A DNA stretch of 64,000 nt from Patescibacteria group bacterium (GTDB lineage Bacteria; Patescibacteriota; Microgenomatia; 2-02-FULL-39-11). The notes beneath the pieces are model-generated. The model worked only from the letters and a program-made list of their open reading frames with translations. It was not told the DNA's origin and searched no databases. The position numbers and the translations under genes were made by a program. This document shows, piece after piece, positions 1 through 8,953 of this stretch. How positions within the stretch are numbered: position 1 is the stretch's first letter; each line of letters begins with the position of its first letter. The stretch spans positions 36,091 to 100,090 of the forward strand of contig JAMCUI010000009.1 of assembly GCA_023379265.1 (NCBI GenBank), written 5' to 3'.

Positions 1-1
1 A

Positions 2-1411
2 AAATCAGTTGAGGAGTCAAAAGAGAGGGTGCGCGCGGCTATAAAAAATTCTGGGGCTGAGTTTCCTGCGCATCGGATTACGATAAATCTTGCTCCCGCT
101 GATCTGCCCAAAGAAGGCCCGGCGTATGATTTGCCAATGGCTTTAGGGATACTTATTGCTTCCGGACAAATAAATACGGATCTGTCAAAAAGCATTGTTT
201 TTGGAGAATTATCACTTGATGGCAGTTTGCGTCATACCAAAGGGATATTGCCGGTTTCACTTATGGCAAAAGAGAAAGGTCAGCATTCTCTTTTTCTTCC
301 TGAAACGAATGCAAAGGAAGCGGCGGTCGTGGACAAAATTGATATATACCCCGTCAAAAATCTGATTGCTCTTTTTCATCATCTTGCAGGAACAGTAAAG
401 ATTGAACCTTATAAACACACGCCTTTTTCCAATATGCAAAGGGAGAGGTTGGCGGAGTTTGATCTTTCAGATATTAGAGGTCAGGAGCAAGGGAAACGCG
501 CTTTAGAGATTTCTGCTGCAGGGGGACATAATTTGCTTTTAAGGGGAGTTCCGGGAGCTGGGAAAACAATGCTTGCCCGGGCGCTTCCAGGCATACTTCC
601 TGATTTGGTAGAAAGTGAAGCTTTGGAGGTAACAAAGATATATTCAGTTACGGGCAATATTCCCGAAGGTGATTCTGTTATAAAAGTAAGACCATTCCGT
701 TGCCCGCATCATACTACTTCACAAATAGGACTTATCGGCGGCGGTGCACATCCCATGCCTGGAGAGATCTCTCTGGCTCACAGAGGGGTACTGTTTCTGG
801 ACGAGTTTCCTGAGTTTTCCAGGCATGTATTGGAGGCACTTCGCCAGCCGATTGAAGACGGGATAGTCACTATATCACGGGCTGCAGGAACAGTCAGTTA
901 TCCGGCTAAATTTGTCCTTATTGCCGCAAGCAATCCCTGTCCTTGTGGATTTTGGGGAGATCCGGTGCACAACTGTAAATGTCTACCAGGTCAAATTTCC
1001 CTGTACCAAAAAAGAATTTCCGGTCCCATAGTAGACAGGATAGACCTTCATGTTGAACTTCCTCCGGTACGTGTGGAGAAATTGACCAATGATGAGATAG
1101 AAGGTGAATTATCAGAAAAAGTAAAAAAGAGAGTACAGGCGGCACGAAATATGCAAACAAAAAGGTATAAGAAAACTTCAATGGTATGTAATAGTGATTT
1201 GAGTACCAAAGCGATAAGAGAAATGATAGTTTTGGATAAAGATTGTATAAATATTCTTCGTCAGGCCGTATCAAGTATGCATTTTTCAGCTAGAACTTAT
1301 TACCGGACAATAAAAGTCGCCAGGACAATAGCGGATCTTGAAGGGGAAAAAGAAATTGCCGTTTCCCACATCACTGAAGCGTTACAATTCAGGCCAAAAG
1401 AAAATATTTAA
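2..1411 (+). CDS. YifB/ComM-family Mg-chelatase-like AAA+ ATPase (5' truncated by window edge)
   Basis: Frame is open to window start (KSVEESKERVRAAIKNSG matches the conserved ComM/YifB motif). Walker A GVPGAGKT, Walker B VLFLDEF, and a C-terminal ChlI-like region are present. Confidence 0.8.
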   Translation, partial: KSVEESKERVRAAIKNSGAEFPAHRITINLAPADLPKEGPAYDLPMALGILIASGQINTDLSKSIVFGELSLDGSLRHTKGILPVSLMAKEKGQHSLFLPETNAKEAAVVDKIDIYPVKNLIALFHHLAGTVKIEPYKHTPFSNMQRERLAEFDLSDIRGQEQGKRALEISAAGGHNLLLRGVPGAGKTMLARALPGILPDLVESEALEVTKIYSVTGNIPEGDSVIKVRPFRCPHHTTSQIGLIGGGAHPMPGEISLAHRGVLFLDEFPEFSRHVLEALRQPIEDGIVTISRAAGTVSYPAKFVLIAASNPCPCGFWGDPVHNCKCLPGQISLYQKRISGPIVDRIDLHVELPPVRVEKLTNDEIEGELSEKVKKRVQAARNMQTKRYKKTSMVCNSDLSTKAIREMIVLDKDCINILRQAVSSMHFSARTYYRTIKVARTIADLEGEKEIAVSHITEALQFRPKENI

Positions 1412-1465
1412 TTTCATCCAATATTAAAACGGCCCACTCCGTACCACATAGTGTAAAAGGCGTTC

Positions 1466-1494
1466 TTGACAAGCTATATATGTTGGTATATATT
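1466..1494 (+). promoter_or_regulatory. sigma70-like promoter (TTGACA-17nt-TATATT) for the ilv operon leader
   Basis: Consensus -35 TTGACA at 1466-1471, 17-nt spacer, -10 TATATT at 1489-1494. It lies directly upstream of the leader region. Confidence 0.4.
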
Positions 1495-1502
1495 AAGTTA
1501 TC

Positions 1503-1598
1503 GTGTTAAGCTTCCCAACTTTATCAGTTGTTATCCTCTCAATTATTGTCCTTGTCATCGGACAGGGATTTTCTTGGGAGGCTGGATTTAGAAATTAA
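1503..1598 (+). CDS. candidate ilv attenuator leader peptide (VLSFPTLSVVILSIIVLVIGQGFSWEAGFRN, GTG start)
   Basis: A 31-codon ORF whose centre is a run of 10 branched-chain codons out of 11 (VVILSIIVLVI). It overlaps RNA element 1 and ends just upstream of a rho-independent terminator. No clear SD; GTG start lies about 8 nt after the -10, so it may be leaderless. Confidence 0.4.
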   Translation: MLSFPTLSVVILSIIVLVIGQGFSWEAGFRN

Positions 1599-1623
1599 AA
1601 ATCAGAAATTAAAAATCAGAAAA

Positions 1624-1651
1624 GCCTCTCAAGAAAGAGAGGTTTTTTTTT
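1624..1651 (+). terminator. rho-independent terminator / attenuator of the ilv leader
   Basis: Hairpin gCCTCTC-aagaaa-GAGAGG followed by 9 T. Its 5' arm (cctctcaaga) can alternatively pair with upstream tcttgggagg (1572-1581). That element can in turn pair with cctctcaa (1535-1542), inside the BCAA codon run. This gives the classic 1:2/2:3/3:4 attenuator topology. Confidence 0.55.
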
Positions 1652-1756
1652 GAGAGTAGATGATACGAATTGAGTTGTGTTCTCACATATAGTGGGAATT
1701 TCCTAAGAAATTTCTATCTATGAACGACTTAATGATTAATGGTTAAATAATTAAGT

Positions 1757-3475
1757 ATGTCTCAAAATAAATTGAAAAACAGAAGTTATATGATGACCGG
1801 GATTCCCGGAGGTAAAGATTGGGCAAAGAGAGCGGCGGCCCGGGCAATGTTGCGGGCGGTCAATTTTAACGACCGCGATTTTGAGAAACCCATAATTACT
1901 GTAGCTTGTCCTTACACAAACGCTACCCCCTGTAATGCGCAAGTACAGGAATTGGGAGAAATAGTAAAAGATGAGATAGAAAAGGGTGGAGGAAAAGCTT
2001 TTATTTTTGGTACTCCTGTAGTCAGCGATGGTGAATCGATGGGTACTTCCGGGATGAAGTATTCTCTCGTTTCCCGTGAACTTATCGCAGATAGCATAGA
2101 GACAATGCACGAGTCATATATGGCTGACGGCATCATCACTCTTTCTGGGTGTGATAAGACTATTCCCGGGGCGCTTATGCCACTTGCGCGTAACAACAGT
2201 ATTGGTTTGACTCTTTACGGAGGAAGTATTTTGCCAGGAAGGTATAATGGGAAAGACTTGACAATTGTTAGTACTTTTGAGGCAATTGGGACTCACGCTG
2301 CGGGGAAAATGAGCGATTATGAATTTAGGCAGATAGAATGTCATTCCTGCCCGGGTGCTGGAGCCTGTGGCGGGATGTTTACTGCCAATACGATGTCAAG
2401 CGCTATTGAAGCCCTAGGTATGAGTCTGCCAGGCTCAGCTACAAATCTGGCAGTAGACCGCAAAAACAAAGTTTCTTCTGATAAAAAGGCTGACTGTAGA
2501 AATTCAGTCAGGGCACTTTTCAGTCTTATGGAAAAAGGAATAAGAGCAAGGGATATTATGACCAAAAAATCCTTTGAAAACGCGATTACAGTTGTTCTAT
2601 CTCTGGGCGGTTCAACCAACGCATATCTACATCTTTTAGCCTTGGCTCATGAAGCAGATGTTGATTTGACTCTTTCTGATTTTGACAGAATCGGAAAGAA
2701 AGTGCCGCTTTTGGGTAATTTCAAACCTTTTGGTGATTATGTTATGGAGAATTTGCATACCATTGGCGGAGTACAAATGGTTTTGAAAATGCTTTATGAA
2801 GCAGGACTTATTCACGGTGAATGTATGACAGTAACAGGAAAAACGGTAGAGGAAAATATCAGGTCGGCCCGGAAGCGACCCTCAAATCAGAAGATTGTTT
2901 ATAGTGTTGATAAACCTTTGGCGCCGCCTGACCATCACATTGTTGTCATGTATGGCAATATGGCGAAAGAGGGTGCAGTGATGAAACTTTCCGGCAAGGA
3001 GATGGAAATGCATCGGGGTCCTGCCAGAGTTTTTGAGAGGGAAGAGGATGCTCTTGATGCCATCCTCGCCGGTAAGATAAAAAAAGGAGACGTAATGGTG
3101 ATAAGATATGAAGGTCCAAAAGGCGGACCAGGCATGCGGGAGATGCTTTCTCCGTCTTCCGCTCTTATGGGAAGAGGTTTGGGAAAAGATGTTGCCCTTA
3201 TCACAGATGGACGTTTCTCAGGCGGTACTCACGGAATTATGATAGGACATGTATCACCAGAAGCAAAAGTCGGAGGGATAATTGCTTTGGTGAAAGAAGG
3301 GGATATGATAACTATAAACCTGAAAAAAAGGACCGTAGATTTGGATATAAGTAAAGATGAGATCGAGAAAAGAAGGAAGAATTGGAAAACTCCGGCAGAT
3401 AAATATAAAAGGGGAGTTTTGGCAAAATACGCAAAGCTGGTGGGAAGCGCGTCATTTGGAGCTGTTACAAGTTGA
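1757..3475 (+). CDS. ilvD: dihydroxy-acid dehydratase
   Basis: 572 aa, full-length ILVD/EDD family. Conserved [16 protein letters not shown] Fe-S cluster region and a C-terminal GxxSGG motif. Confidence 0.9.
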   Translation: MSQNKLKNRSYMMTGIPGGKDWAKRAAARAMLRAVNFNDRDFEKPIITVACPYTNATPCNAQVQELGEIVKDEIEKGGGKAFIFGTPVVSDGESMGTSGMKYSLVSRELIADSIETMHESYMADGIITLSGCDKTIPGALMPLARNNSIGLTLYGGSILPGRYNGKDLTIVSTFEAIGTHAAGKMSDYEFRQIECHSCPGAGACGGMFTANTMSSAIEALGMSLPGSATNLAVDRKNKVSSDKKADCRNSVRALFSLMEKGIRARDIMTKKSFENAITVVLSLGGSTNAYLHLLALAHEADVDLTLSDFDRIGKKVPLLGNFKPFGDYVMENLHTIGGVQMVLKMLYEAGLIHGECMTVTGKTVEENIRSARKRPSNQKIVYSVDKPLAPPDHHIVVMYGNMAKEGAVMKLSGKEMEMHRGPARVFEREEDALDAILAGKIKKGDVMVIRYEGPKGGPGMREMLSPSSALMGRGLGKDVALITDGRFSGGTHGIMIGHVSPEAKVGGIIALVKEGDMITINLKKRTVDLDISKDEIEKRRKNWKTPADKYKRGVLAKYAKLVGSASFGAVTS

Positions 3476-3487
3476 CCTTAAATACAT

Positions 3488-5215
3488 ATGAATACAAAAT
3501 TTCATAGATTAAAAGAGGGTGATAAAGTCCAGGGGGCAGAGATAGTCTGCGAGTGTCTGGTGCGCCAAGGGATAAAAATAATTTTCGGCTATCCCGGAGG
3601 AGCCAATATACCCATATATGATGCCCTTTACAGATACCCGTCACTTCATCATGTGCTGGTACGTCATGAGCAGGGTGCAGCGCACGCGGCTGAGGGTTAT
3701 GCCTGGGCAACGGGAAATGTCGGAGTATGTTTTACGACAAGCGGCCCCGGCGCAACAAATCTCGTGACTGGACTAGCTGATGCGATGCTTGATAGCGTTC
3801 CTTTAGTCTGTATTACCGGTCAGGTGCCATCAGGTCTAATTGGAACTGACGCTTTCCAGGAGACAGATGTAGTTGGAGTAACGCTTCCAGTGACAAAGCA
3901 TAATTATCTTATTACCCGTCCGGAGGAAATAGTATCAGTTATTCATGAAGCTTTTTATATTGCCAGTCACGGCAGGCCCGGTCCGGTACTTATTGATATT
4001 GCCAAAGATGCACAGACAGGATATGCGGTTTTTCACTATCCCAGGCAACAGGATTATCTCAAAGAGAAAGTAAAAATGAAAGCAACAGATGATGAGGTGG
4101 TAAAGATTACCAATTTATTAAATAGTGCCCAGAAACCTCTTATCGTTGCAGGACACGGTATGCTTCTTTCAGGAGATGGGAAGACGCTCCTTGCTATTGC
4201 TGAAAAGCAGGATATTCCAGTTACATTGACACAACTCGGACTCTCTACTATACCGACAAACCACAGGCTTTATATGGGTATGCCGGGTATGCACGGAAAT
4301 GTGGCAGCAAATAGAGCGCCAAACCAATGTGATGTGCTTTTAGCTGTGGGAATGCGCTTTCATGACCGGGTTACGGGTGAGGTTGCAAATTATGCTCCAC
4401 AGGCAAAAATTATCCATATTGACATTGATCCCTCCGAAATTGGCAAAAATGTAAAACCTTACCTGGGTGTTGTTGGCGATGCTAAAACAGTTTTGGAACA
4501 GATACTTCCGCGACTCAAATCAAAGAAAAATCAGGAATGGCTTTCGCAGTTTACAGCCTGGAAAAATGAAGAAAAGGTCAAAGTTTTTGATAAAGAATTA
4601 AAATCAAAGAAATTAAAATCAGCTCAGGTAGTGGAAATGTTATCCGAGGAAACAAATAATAGCGCAACAATTGTAGCAGATGTCGGTCAAAACCAGATGT
4701 ATGCAGCTAGGTATTATTCATATAGGAGTTATAACAGTCATTTTACTTCAGGTGGATTGGGGACGATGGGTTTTGCTCTTCCTGCTGGTATGGGTGCCAA
4801 ATCAGGGGATCCTGAACGGGAAGTGTGGATTGTGATAGGGGATGGCGGAATACAGATGACTCTTCAGGAACTGGCGACAATTGTCCAGGAAAAGCTCGAT
4901 TTGAAAATAGCGCTTTTGAATAACAACTATTTGGGTATGGTACGCCAGTGGCAGGAACTTTTTTATAAAGGGAATTATTCAGAAGTGAAGCTGAAAAATC
5001 CCAATTTCCAGAAACTGTGTGAAGGTTTTGGCATCCCATCCCTCAAAGTGACAAATCAAAATGATGTGAGGAAAGCAATTCGGAAGGCCAGAAAAACAAA
5101 AGGGCCATATCTTGTGGAATTTATAGTTGAAGCCGAGGAGAATGTTTTCCCGATGATTCCAGCAGGTGCTGGACTGGATGGAATGATCGTGTGTAAAGAA
5201 GACATGAAGAAATAG
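3488..5215 (+). CDS. ilvB: acetolactate synthase large (catalytic) subunit
   Basis: 575 aa ThDP enzyme with N-terminal, central and C-terminal TPP domains (GDGGIQMTLQELAT ThDP-binding motif). Lies in the ilv operon. Confidence 0.9.
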   Translation: MNTKFHRLKEGDKVQGAEIVCECLVRQGIKIIFGYPGGANIPIYDALYRYPSLHHVLVRHEQGAAHAAEGYAWATGNVGVCFTTSGPGATNLVTGLADAMLDSVPLVCITGQVPSGLIGTDAFQETDVVGVTLPVTKHNYLITRPEEIVSVIHEAFYIASHGRPGPVLIDIAKDAQTGYAVFHYPRQQDYLKEKVKMKATDDEVVKITNLLNSAQKPLIVAGHGMLLSGDGKTLLAIAEKQDIPVTLTQLGLSTIPTNHRLYMGMPGMHGNVAANRAPNQCDVLLAVGMRFHDRVTGEVANYAPQAKIIHIDIDPSEIGKNVKPYLGVVGDAKTVLEQILPRLKSKKNQEWLSQFTAWKNEEKVKVFDKELKSKKLKSAQVVEMLSEETNNSATIVADVGQNQMYAARYYSYRSYNSHFTSGGLGTMGFALPAGMGAKSGDPEREVWIVIGDGGIQMTLQELATIVQEKLDLKIALLNNNYLGMVRQWQELFYKGNYSEVKLKNPNFQKLCEGFGIPSLKVTNQNDVRKAIRKARKTKGPYLVEFIVEAEENVFPMIPAGAGLDGMIVCKEDMKK

Positions 5216-5357
5216 TATTACAGATTGTGGGTGCAGGTGCTGGACTGGATGGAATGATCGTGTGTAAAGAAGACATGAAGAAATAGTATTACAGATTGTG
5301 GGTGCAGGTGCTGGACTGGATGGAATGATCGTGTGTAAAGAAGACATGAAGAAATAG
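5162..5357. repeat. 71-bp direct tandem repeat (about 2.75 copies) duplicating the last 54 nt of ilvB including its stop codon plus a 17-nt spacer
   Basis: The unit gcaggtgctggactggatggaatgatcgtgtgtaaagaagacatgaagaaatag + tattacagattgtgggt occurs at 5162-5232, 5233-5303 and (first 54 nt) 5304-5357 with perfect identity. Confidence 0.8.
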
Positions 5358-5398
5358 TCTAGAATTGATAATTATTATTGACAATTAGTTAAAACTAT

Positions 5399-5881
5399 AT
5401 GAGTAGAGATTTATCAAATATAATCATTTGGTCCAAAAACAAGCCGGGAGTTTTTTTCCGTATTCTTTGGCTTTTTAGGCGCAAGAGATTCAATATTGAA
5501 TCAGCTACAGTAGGACATACCGAAGTACCTGGTATCACCCGTTTTACCATAACCGTTACAGGAGACAAAGACCAGGTGAGGAATATGTGCAAGCAGGTGC
5601 ACAAGCTTATTGATATAGTCCGAGTGGAGGATGTGCCGGATGAAAAACTGGTTTCCCGCGAGCTTGCCATGATGAAAGTCGGGGTGAAGGATAAGGAGGA
5701 AAAAGCGGAAATTCTGCGCGTACTTGAACATTTCCGGGCAAGAGTGATGAATATGACTAAGGATTCCCTGGTAATCGAGGTGACGGGAAGCGAAGAAAAG
5801 ATAGACGCTTTTTATGAAAATATGAAGGATTTTCAAATTATTGAGTTTGTGCGGGCCGGAAGAACCGCATTATATAAATAA
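5399..5881 (+). CDS. ilvH: acetolactate synthase small (regulatory) subunit, ACT domain
   Basis: 160 aa. ACT-domain N-terminus (PGVFFRILWLFRRKRFNIES) and an ALS_ss_C-like C-terminus. Immediately downstream of ilvB. Confidence 0.85.
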   Translation: MSRDLSNIIIWSKNKPGVFFRILWLFRRKRFNIESATVGHTEVPGITRFTITVTGDKDQVRNMCKQVHKLIDIVRVEDVPDEKLVSRELAMMKVGVKDKEEKAEILRVLEHFRARVMNMTKDSLVIEVTGSEEKIDAFYENMKDFQIIEFVRAGRTALYK

Positions 5882-5891
5882 GGAGTTTTCT

Positions 5892-6947
5892 ATGGCAAAG
5901 ATGAAATTTGGTGATGTTACCGAAAGTGTAGTGACGAGGCAGGAGTTTCCGCTAGCCCGCGCCCGCCAAGTATTGAAAAATGAAACAGTCGCGGTACTTG
6001 GTTATGGCGTTCAGGGTCCGGCACAAGCGATGAATTTGCGAGATAACGGCATAAATGTGATTATCGGTCAACGGTCACCTTCATCTTCATGGGATAAGGC
6101 TATAAAGGATGGGTGGAAAAAAGGGAAAACCATCTTTTCTATTGAGGAAGCGGCAGAAAAAGGTACAATATTAGCCTATTTGCTTTCTGATGCCGGCCAG
6201 GTGGCACTGTGGCCGACAGTGAAAAAGTATCTGACTGCCGGCAAAGCACTCTATTTTTCCCACGGATTTGGTATCACCTACAGGAAATATACAAAGATTA
6301 TTCCTCCAAAAGATACAGACGTTATCCTTATAGCGCCTAAAGGAGCTGGAAGATCTGTAAGGCAGAATTTCCTTGCCGGAAGCGGAATAAATAGCAGTTT
6401 TGCCGTTTTCCAAGATGCCACAGGCCGGGCAAAAGAGAGAGTTATGGCAATGGGTATCGGTGTGGGATCAGGTTTTCTTTTTGAAACCACGTTTGAGAAA
6501 GAAGTCTATAGCGACTTGACTGGTGAACGTGGAGTACTTATGGGAGCGCTTGAAGGGATAATGGAGGCGCAGTTTAATGAATTCAGAAGACGAGGACACA
6601 CGCCGTCTGAAGCTTTTAACGAAACTGTGGAAGAGTTGACTCAAAGTCTTATCAGAATGGTTGCGGAAAACGGGATGGACTGGATGTATGCCAACTGTTC
6701 AACTACCGCTCAAAGAGGTGCTCTTGATTGGAAAGGAGAGTTTAGAGACGCTGTAGCTCCGGTTTTCAAGAGGCTCTATTCTTCTGTCAAAATCGGAAAA
6801 GAAGCACAACGAGTATTGAAGGCAAATTCAGCAAAAGATTATAGGAAAAAACTTGAAAAAGAATTGTCAGAAATGAGAAATATGGAGATGTGGAGGGCAG
6901 GCGCTACTGTAAGGTCTCTCCGTCCTGAAAATTGGAAGAAAAAATGA
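5892..6947 (+). CDS. ilvC: ketol-acid reductoisomerase (NADP+)
   Basis: About 351 aa from ATG 5892 (RBS aaggag). Rossmann motif VLGYGVQG and class I KARI architecture. The ORF-track start at 5841 is probably too far upstream. Confidence 0.9.
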   Translation: MAKMKFGDVTESVVTRQEFPLARARQVLKNETVAVLGYGVQGPAQAMNLRDNGINVIIGQRSPSSSWDKAIKDGWKKGKTIFSIEEAAEKGTILAYLLSDAGQVALWPTVKKYLTAGKALYFSHGFGITYRKYTKIIPPKDTDVILIAPKGAGRSVRQNFLAGSGINSSFAVFQDATGRAKERVMAMGIGVGSGFLFETTFEKEVYSDLTGERGVLMGALEGIMEAQFNEFRRRGHTPSEAFNETVEELTQSLIRMVAENGMDWMYANCSTTAQRGALDWKGEFRDAVAPVFKRLYSSVKIGKEAQRVLKANSAKDYRKKLEKELSEMRNMEMWRAGATVRSLRPENWKKK

Positions 6948-8809
6948 TATCAGATGACCACTTCTATCATATAGAATGTTTCCTCTGTCATAAAAAGGTT
7001 AACGAAAAAGAAAATACTACCGTTTGCAGAAGTTGCGGCGGGCCTCTTGACGTTGTCTACGATTATTCAAAGCTAAAAGATGGAATGAATTTCTATGTGA
7101 TGCAAAATACCCCTCCTAAAACAATAAAATATCTTGATTTTTACCCTATAATTGATAGGAATAATTTAAGCTCGCTTGGTGAGGGGGGGACACAGCTCCA
7201 TAATTTGCCAAAACTTGGCAGTAAGTTAGGACTTTCCAGACTTTATCTGAAAAATGAAGGTCTCAATCCCACTGGAGCTTTTAAGGATAGAGGGAGTTTT
7301 GTAGAAATAAATAAGGCAAAAGAATTGGGTTTTAAGAGTGTTTGTGTTGCTTCAACCGGGAATATGGCAGCGTCTGTAGCGGCATATTCTGCTCAGGCAG
7401 GCTTGGAATGTTATGTGTTTGTGCCTGAAAATACTCCTCGCGGCAAATTAGCTCAGGCCATTTCTTATGGAGCGAGGGTAATCCAGGTGCGCGGTACTTA
7501 CTCTGATGCTTTTAATCTTACAGTAAAAGTTGCGGCTGAATTCGGTTATTACCTGGCTGGAGATTATGCTTTCAGAGGTGAAGGTCAGAAATCACTGGCA
7601 TTTGAAGTCTGCGAGCAGATGTGGTTTGGTAAAATTGATTGGGTAATAGTGCCTGTGGGAATGGGAACAAACTTATCTTATATTTGGAAAGGATTTAAGG
7701 AATATTTTGAGTTTGGTCTTATTTCCCAACTCCCGAAAATGGTGGCTGTTCAGGCGGAGGGAGCATCAACAATAGTAACAGCTTTTAGAACTCACTCTGA
7801 GATAAAGCCATTGGATAAACCCCAAACTATATGTTCTGCTATTGCCTGCGGAATGCCAATTGATTATCCCAAGGTACTCAAAGCTCTGAAAGAATCACAC
7901 GGGACAGCTATAGCAGTATCAGATGATGAAACGCTTTCCGCTCAACAGACTCTTGCTAAGATGGAAGCGCTATATATAGAGCCTTCATCAGCTACTTCGA
8001 TTGTAGCGCTTCAAAGACTGGTAAAACAGAAGATTATAAAAGAAAATGATGTAGTGGTTTGTGTGGCAACTGGAGCAGGTTTGAAAGATCCTGCTACAAC
8101 TCTCAAAGTCTTGGCTGATCCCCCCACTATCGAGCCGACACTTTCTGAAGCCTTAAAAGTGATAAAAAGCGGCATTCTGTCCCTTCGGGCAGGAGGAGTA
8201 GGTGATAAAGAAAAAGTTTTGTTTACCAGAGTACCCGGGGAGATCGAGTTGAAAAAAGTCATAAAGCATGAATTCAGACTGGAATTGGATATAGAATCGC
8301 TAAAAATAATCAAAAAAGTGATCAGTAAGTTTATTACCGTAAAAGGGAAAAATATCGTAAAAGCTGATCTTCAGTCAATAATAGAGACTATCATGCAGGA
8401 CGAGAGAAGAAAAAAGACACTGGACGTTTTGGATTTCAGAATCGAGACTTCCAAAAGAAATAAACCCAGGGCATATGTCAAAATTAGTCTGGACGGCCAC
8501 GAATTTGAAAACGAAAGCGAAGGAGTAGGACCAGTAGACGCAGCAATAAACGCAATATCCTCAATTATCAAACGCAAAAATGGAGGGGAATTCCGTCTTA
8601 CCGATTTTAACGTAGAGATACCCACAACAGGAAGCGATGCTACTGTAGAAGCAAGTATGGTCTTACAGCATGAGAATGGAACTCAAGTAATTGAGAAAGG
8701 TACATCTCCTGATATTATCGTGGCATCGATAGAAGCGTTTGAAAAAGGTTATAATGAGCTAGCATATCAGTTGAAAGAGCAATCTAAAAATAGCGCGAAG
8801 AAATCTTGA
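6932..8809 (+). CDS. threonine-synthase-like PLP enzyme (N-terminal zinc ribbon) fused to a C-terminal LeuA-dimer-type allosteric domain; possible 2-oxobutanoate-forming enzyme for Ile synthesis
   Basis: CxxC...CxxC ribbon at N-terminus. PLP-lysine motif LNPTGAFKDRG, typical of ThrC rather than IlvA (FKxRGA). The last ~100 aa align with the C-terminal regulatory domain of the LeuA encoded in this same window (EGVGPVDAAINAI vs [12 protein letters not shown]; GSDATVEASMV vs [11 protein letters not shown]; DIIVASIEAF vs [10 protein letters not shown]). Confidence 0.6.
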   Translation: MEEKMISDDHFYHIECFLCHKKVNEKENTTVCRSCGGPLDVVYDYSKLKDGMNFYVMQNTPPKTIKYLDFYPIIDRNNLSSLGEGGTQLHNLPKLGSKLGLSRLYLKNEGLNPTGAFKDRGSFVEINKAKELGFKSVCVASTGNMAASVAAYSAQAGLECYVFVPENTPRGKLAQAISYGARVIQVRGTYSDAFNLTVKVAAEFGYYLAGDYAFRGEGQKSLAFEVCEQMWFGKIDWVIVPVGMGTNLSYIWKGFKEYFEFGLISQLPKMVAVQAEGASTIVTAFRTHSEIKPLDKPQTICSAIACGMPIDYPKVLKALKESHGTAIAVSDDETLSAQQTLAKMEALYIEPSSATSIVALQRLVKQKIIKENDVVVCVATGAGLKDPATTLKVLADPPTIEPTLSEALKVIKSGILSLRAGGVGDKEKVLFTRVPGEIELKKVIKHEFRLELDIESLKIIKKVISKFITVKGKNIVKADLQSIIETIMQDERRKKTLDVLDFRIETSKRNKPRAYVKISLDGHEFENESEGVGPVDAAINAISSIIKRKNGGEFRLTDFNVEIPTTGSDATVEASMVLQHENGTQVIEKGTSPDIIVASIEAFEKGYNELAYQLKEQSKNSAKKS

Positions 8810-8845
8810 TGGTGAATATAAACTTTATTATAAGAAGGTACCATT

Positions 8846-8953
8846 ATAAAAATTGAAGTTGATACCAAGAAGGCTCCAGAATTAACGTTTTATCAAATAA
8901 ACTTTTAAGGAGGAAAGTGCTATGAAAATTGAAGTTGATACCAAGAAGGCTCC
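8846..8953 (+). repeat. degenerate ~50-bp direct duplication of the ridA RBS plus first 10 codons, placed 75 bp upstream of the real start
   Basis: aaaattgaagttgataccaagaaggctcc occurs at 8850-8877 and 8925-8952. The upstream copy has ATA in place of ATG and taagaagg in place of taaggagg. Confidence 0.6.

Noticed and set aside
257-1274. Minus-strand ORFs (257-439, 918-1274) inside the YifB/ComM gene
   Set aside because: They lie wholly antisense within a well-supported conserved CDS, have low-complexity products, and show no RBS.
1590-1617. Direct repeat gaaattaaaaatca x2
   Set aside because: It is a short 14-bp duplication inside the ilv leader between the leader stop and the terminator. 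It may just be spacer and is not treated as a separate element.
1751-3204. Minus-strand ORFs antisense to ilvD (1751-2110, 1912-2196, 2114-2344, 2341-2619, 2935-3204)
   Set aside because: They overlap a full-length conserved ilvD, so they are shadow ORFs of the coding frame.
5216-5357. Possible CRISPR array (regular 71-bp periodicity)
   Set aside because: The 'repeats' are exact copies of ilvB coding sequence including its stop codon, and the 'spacers' are identical to each other. No cas genes are present.
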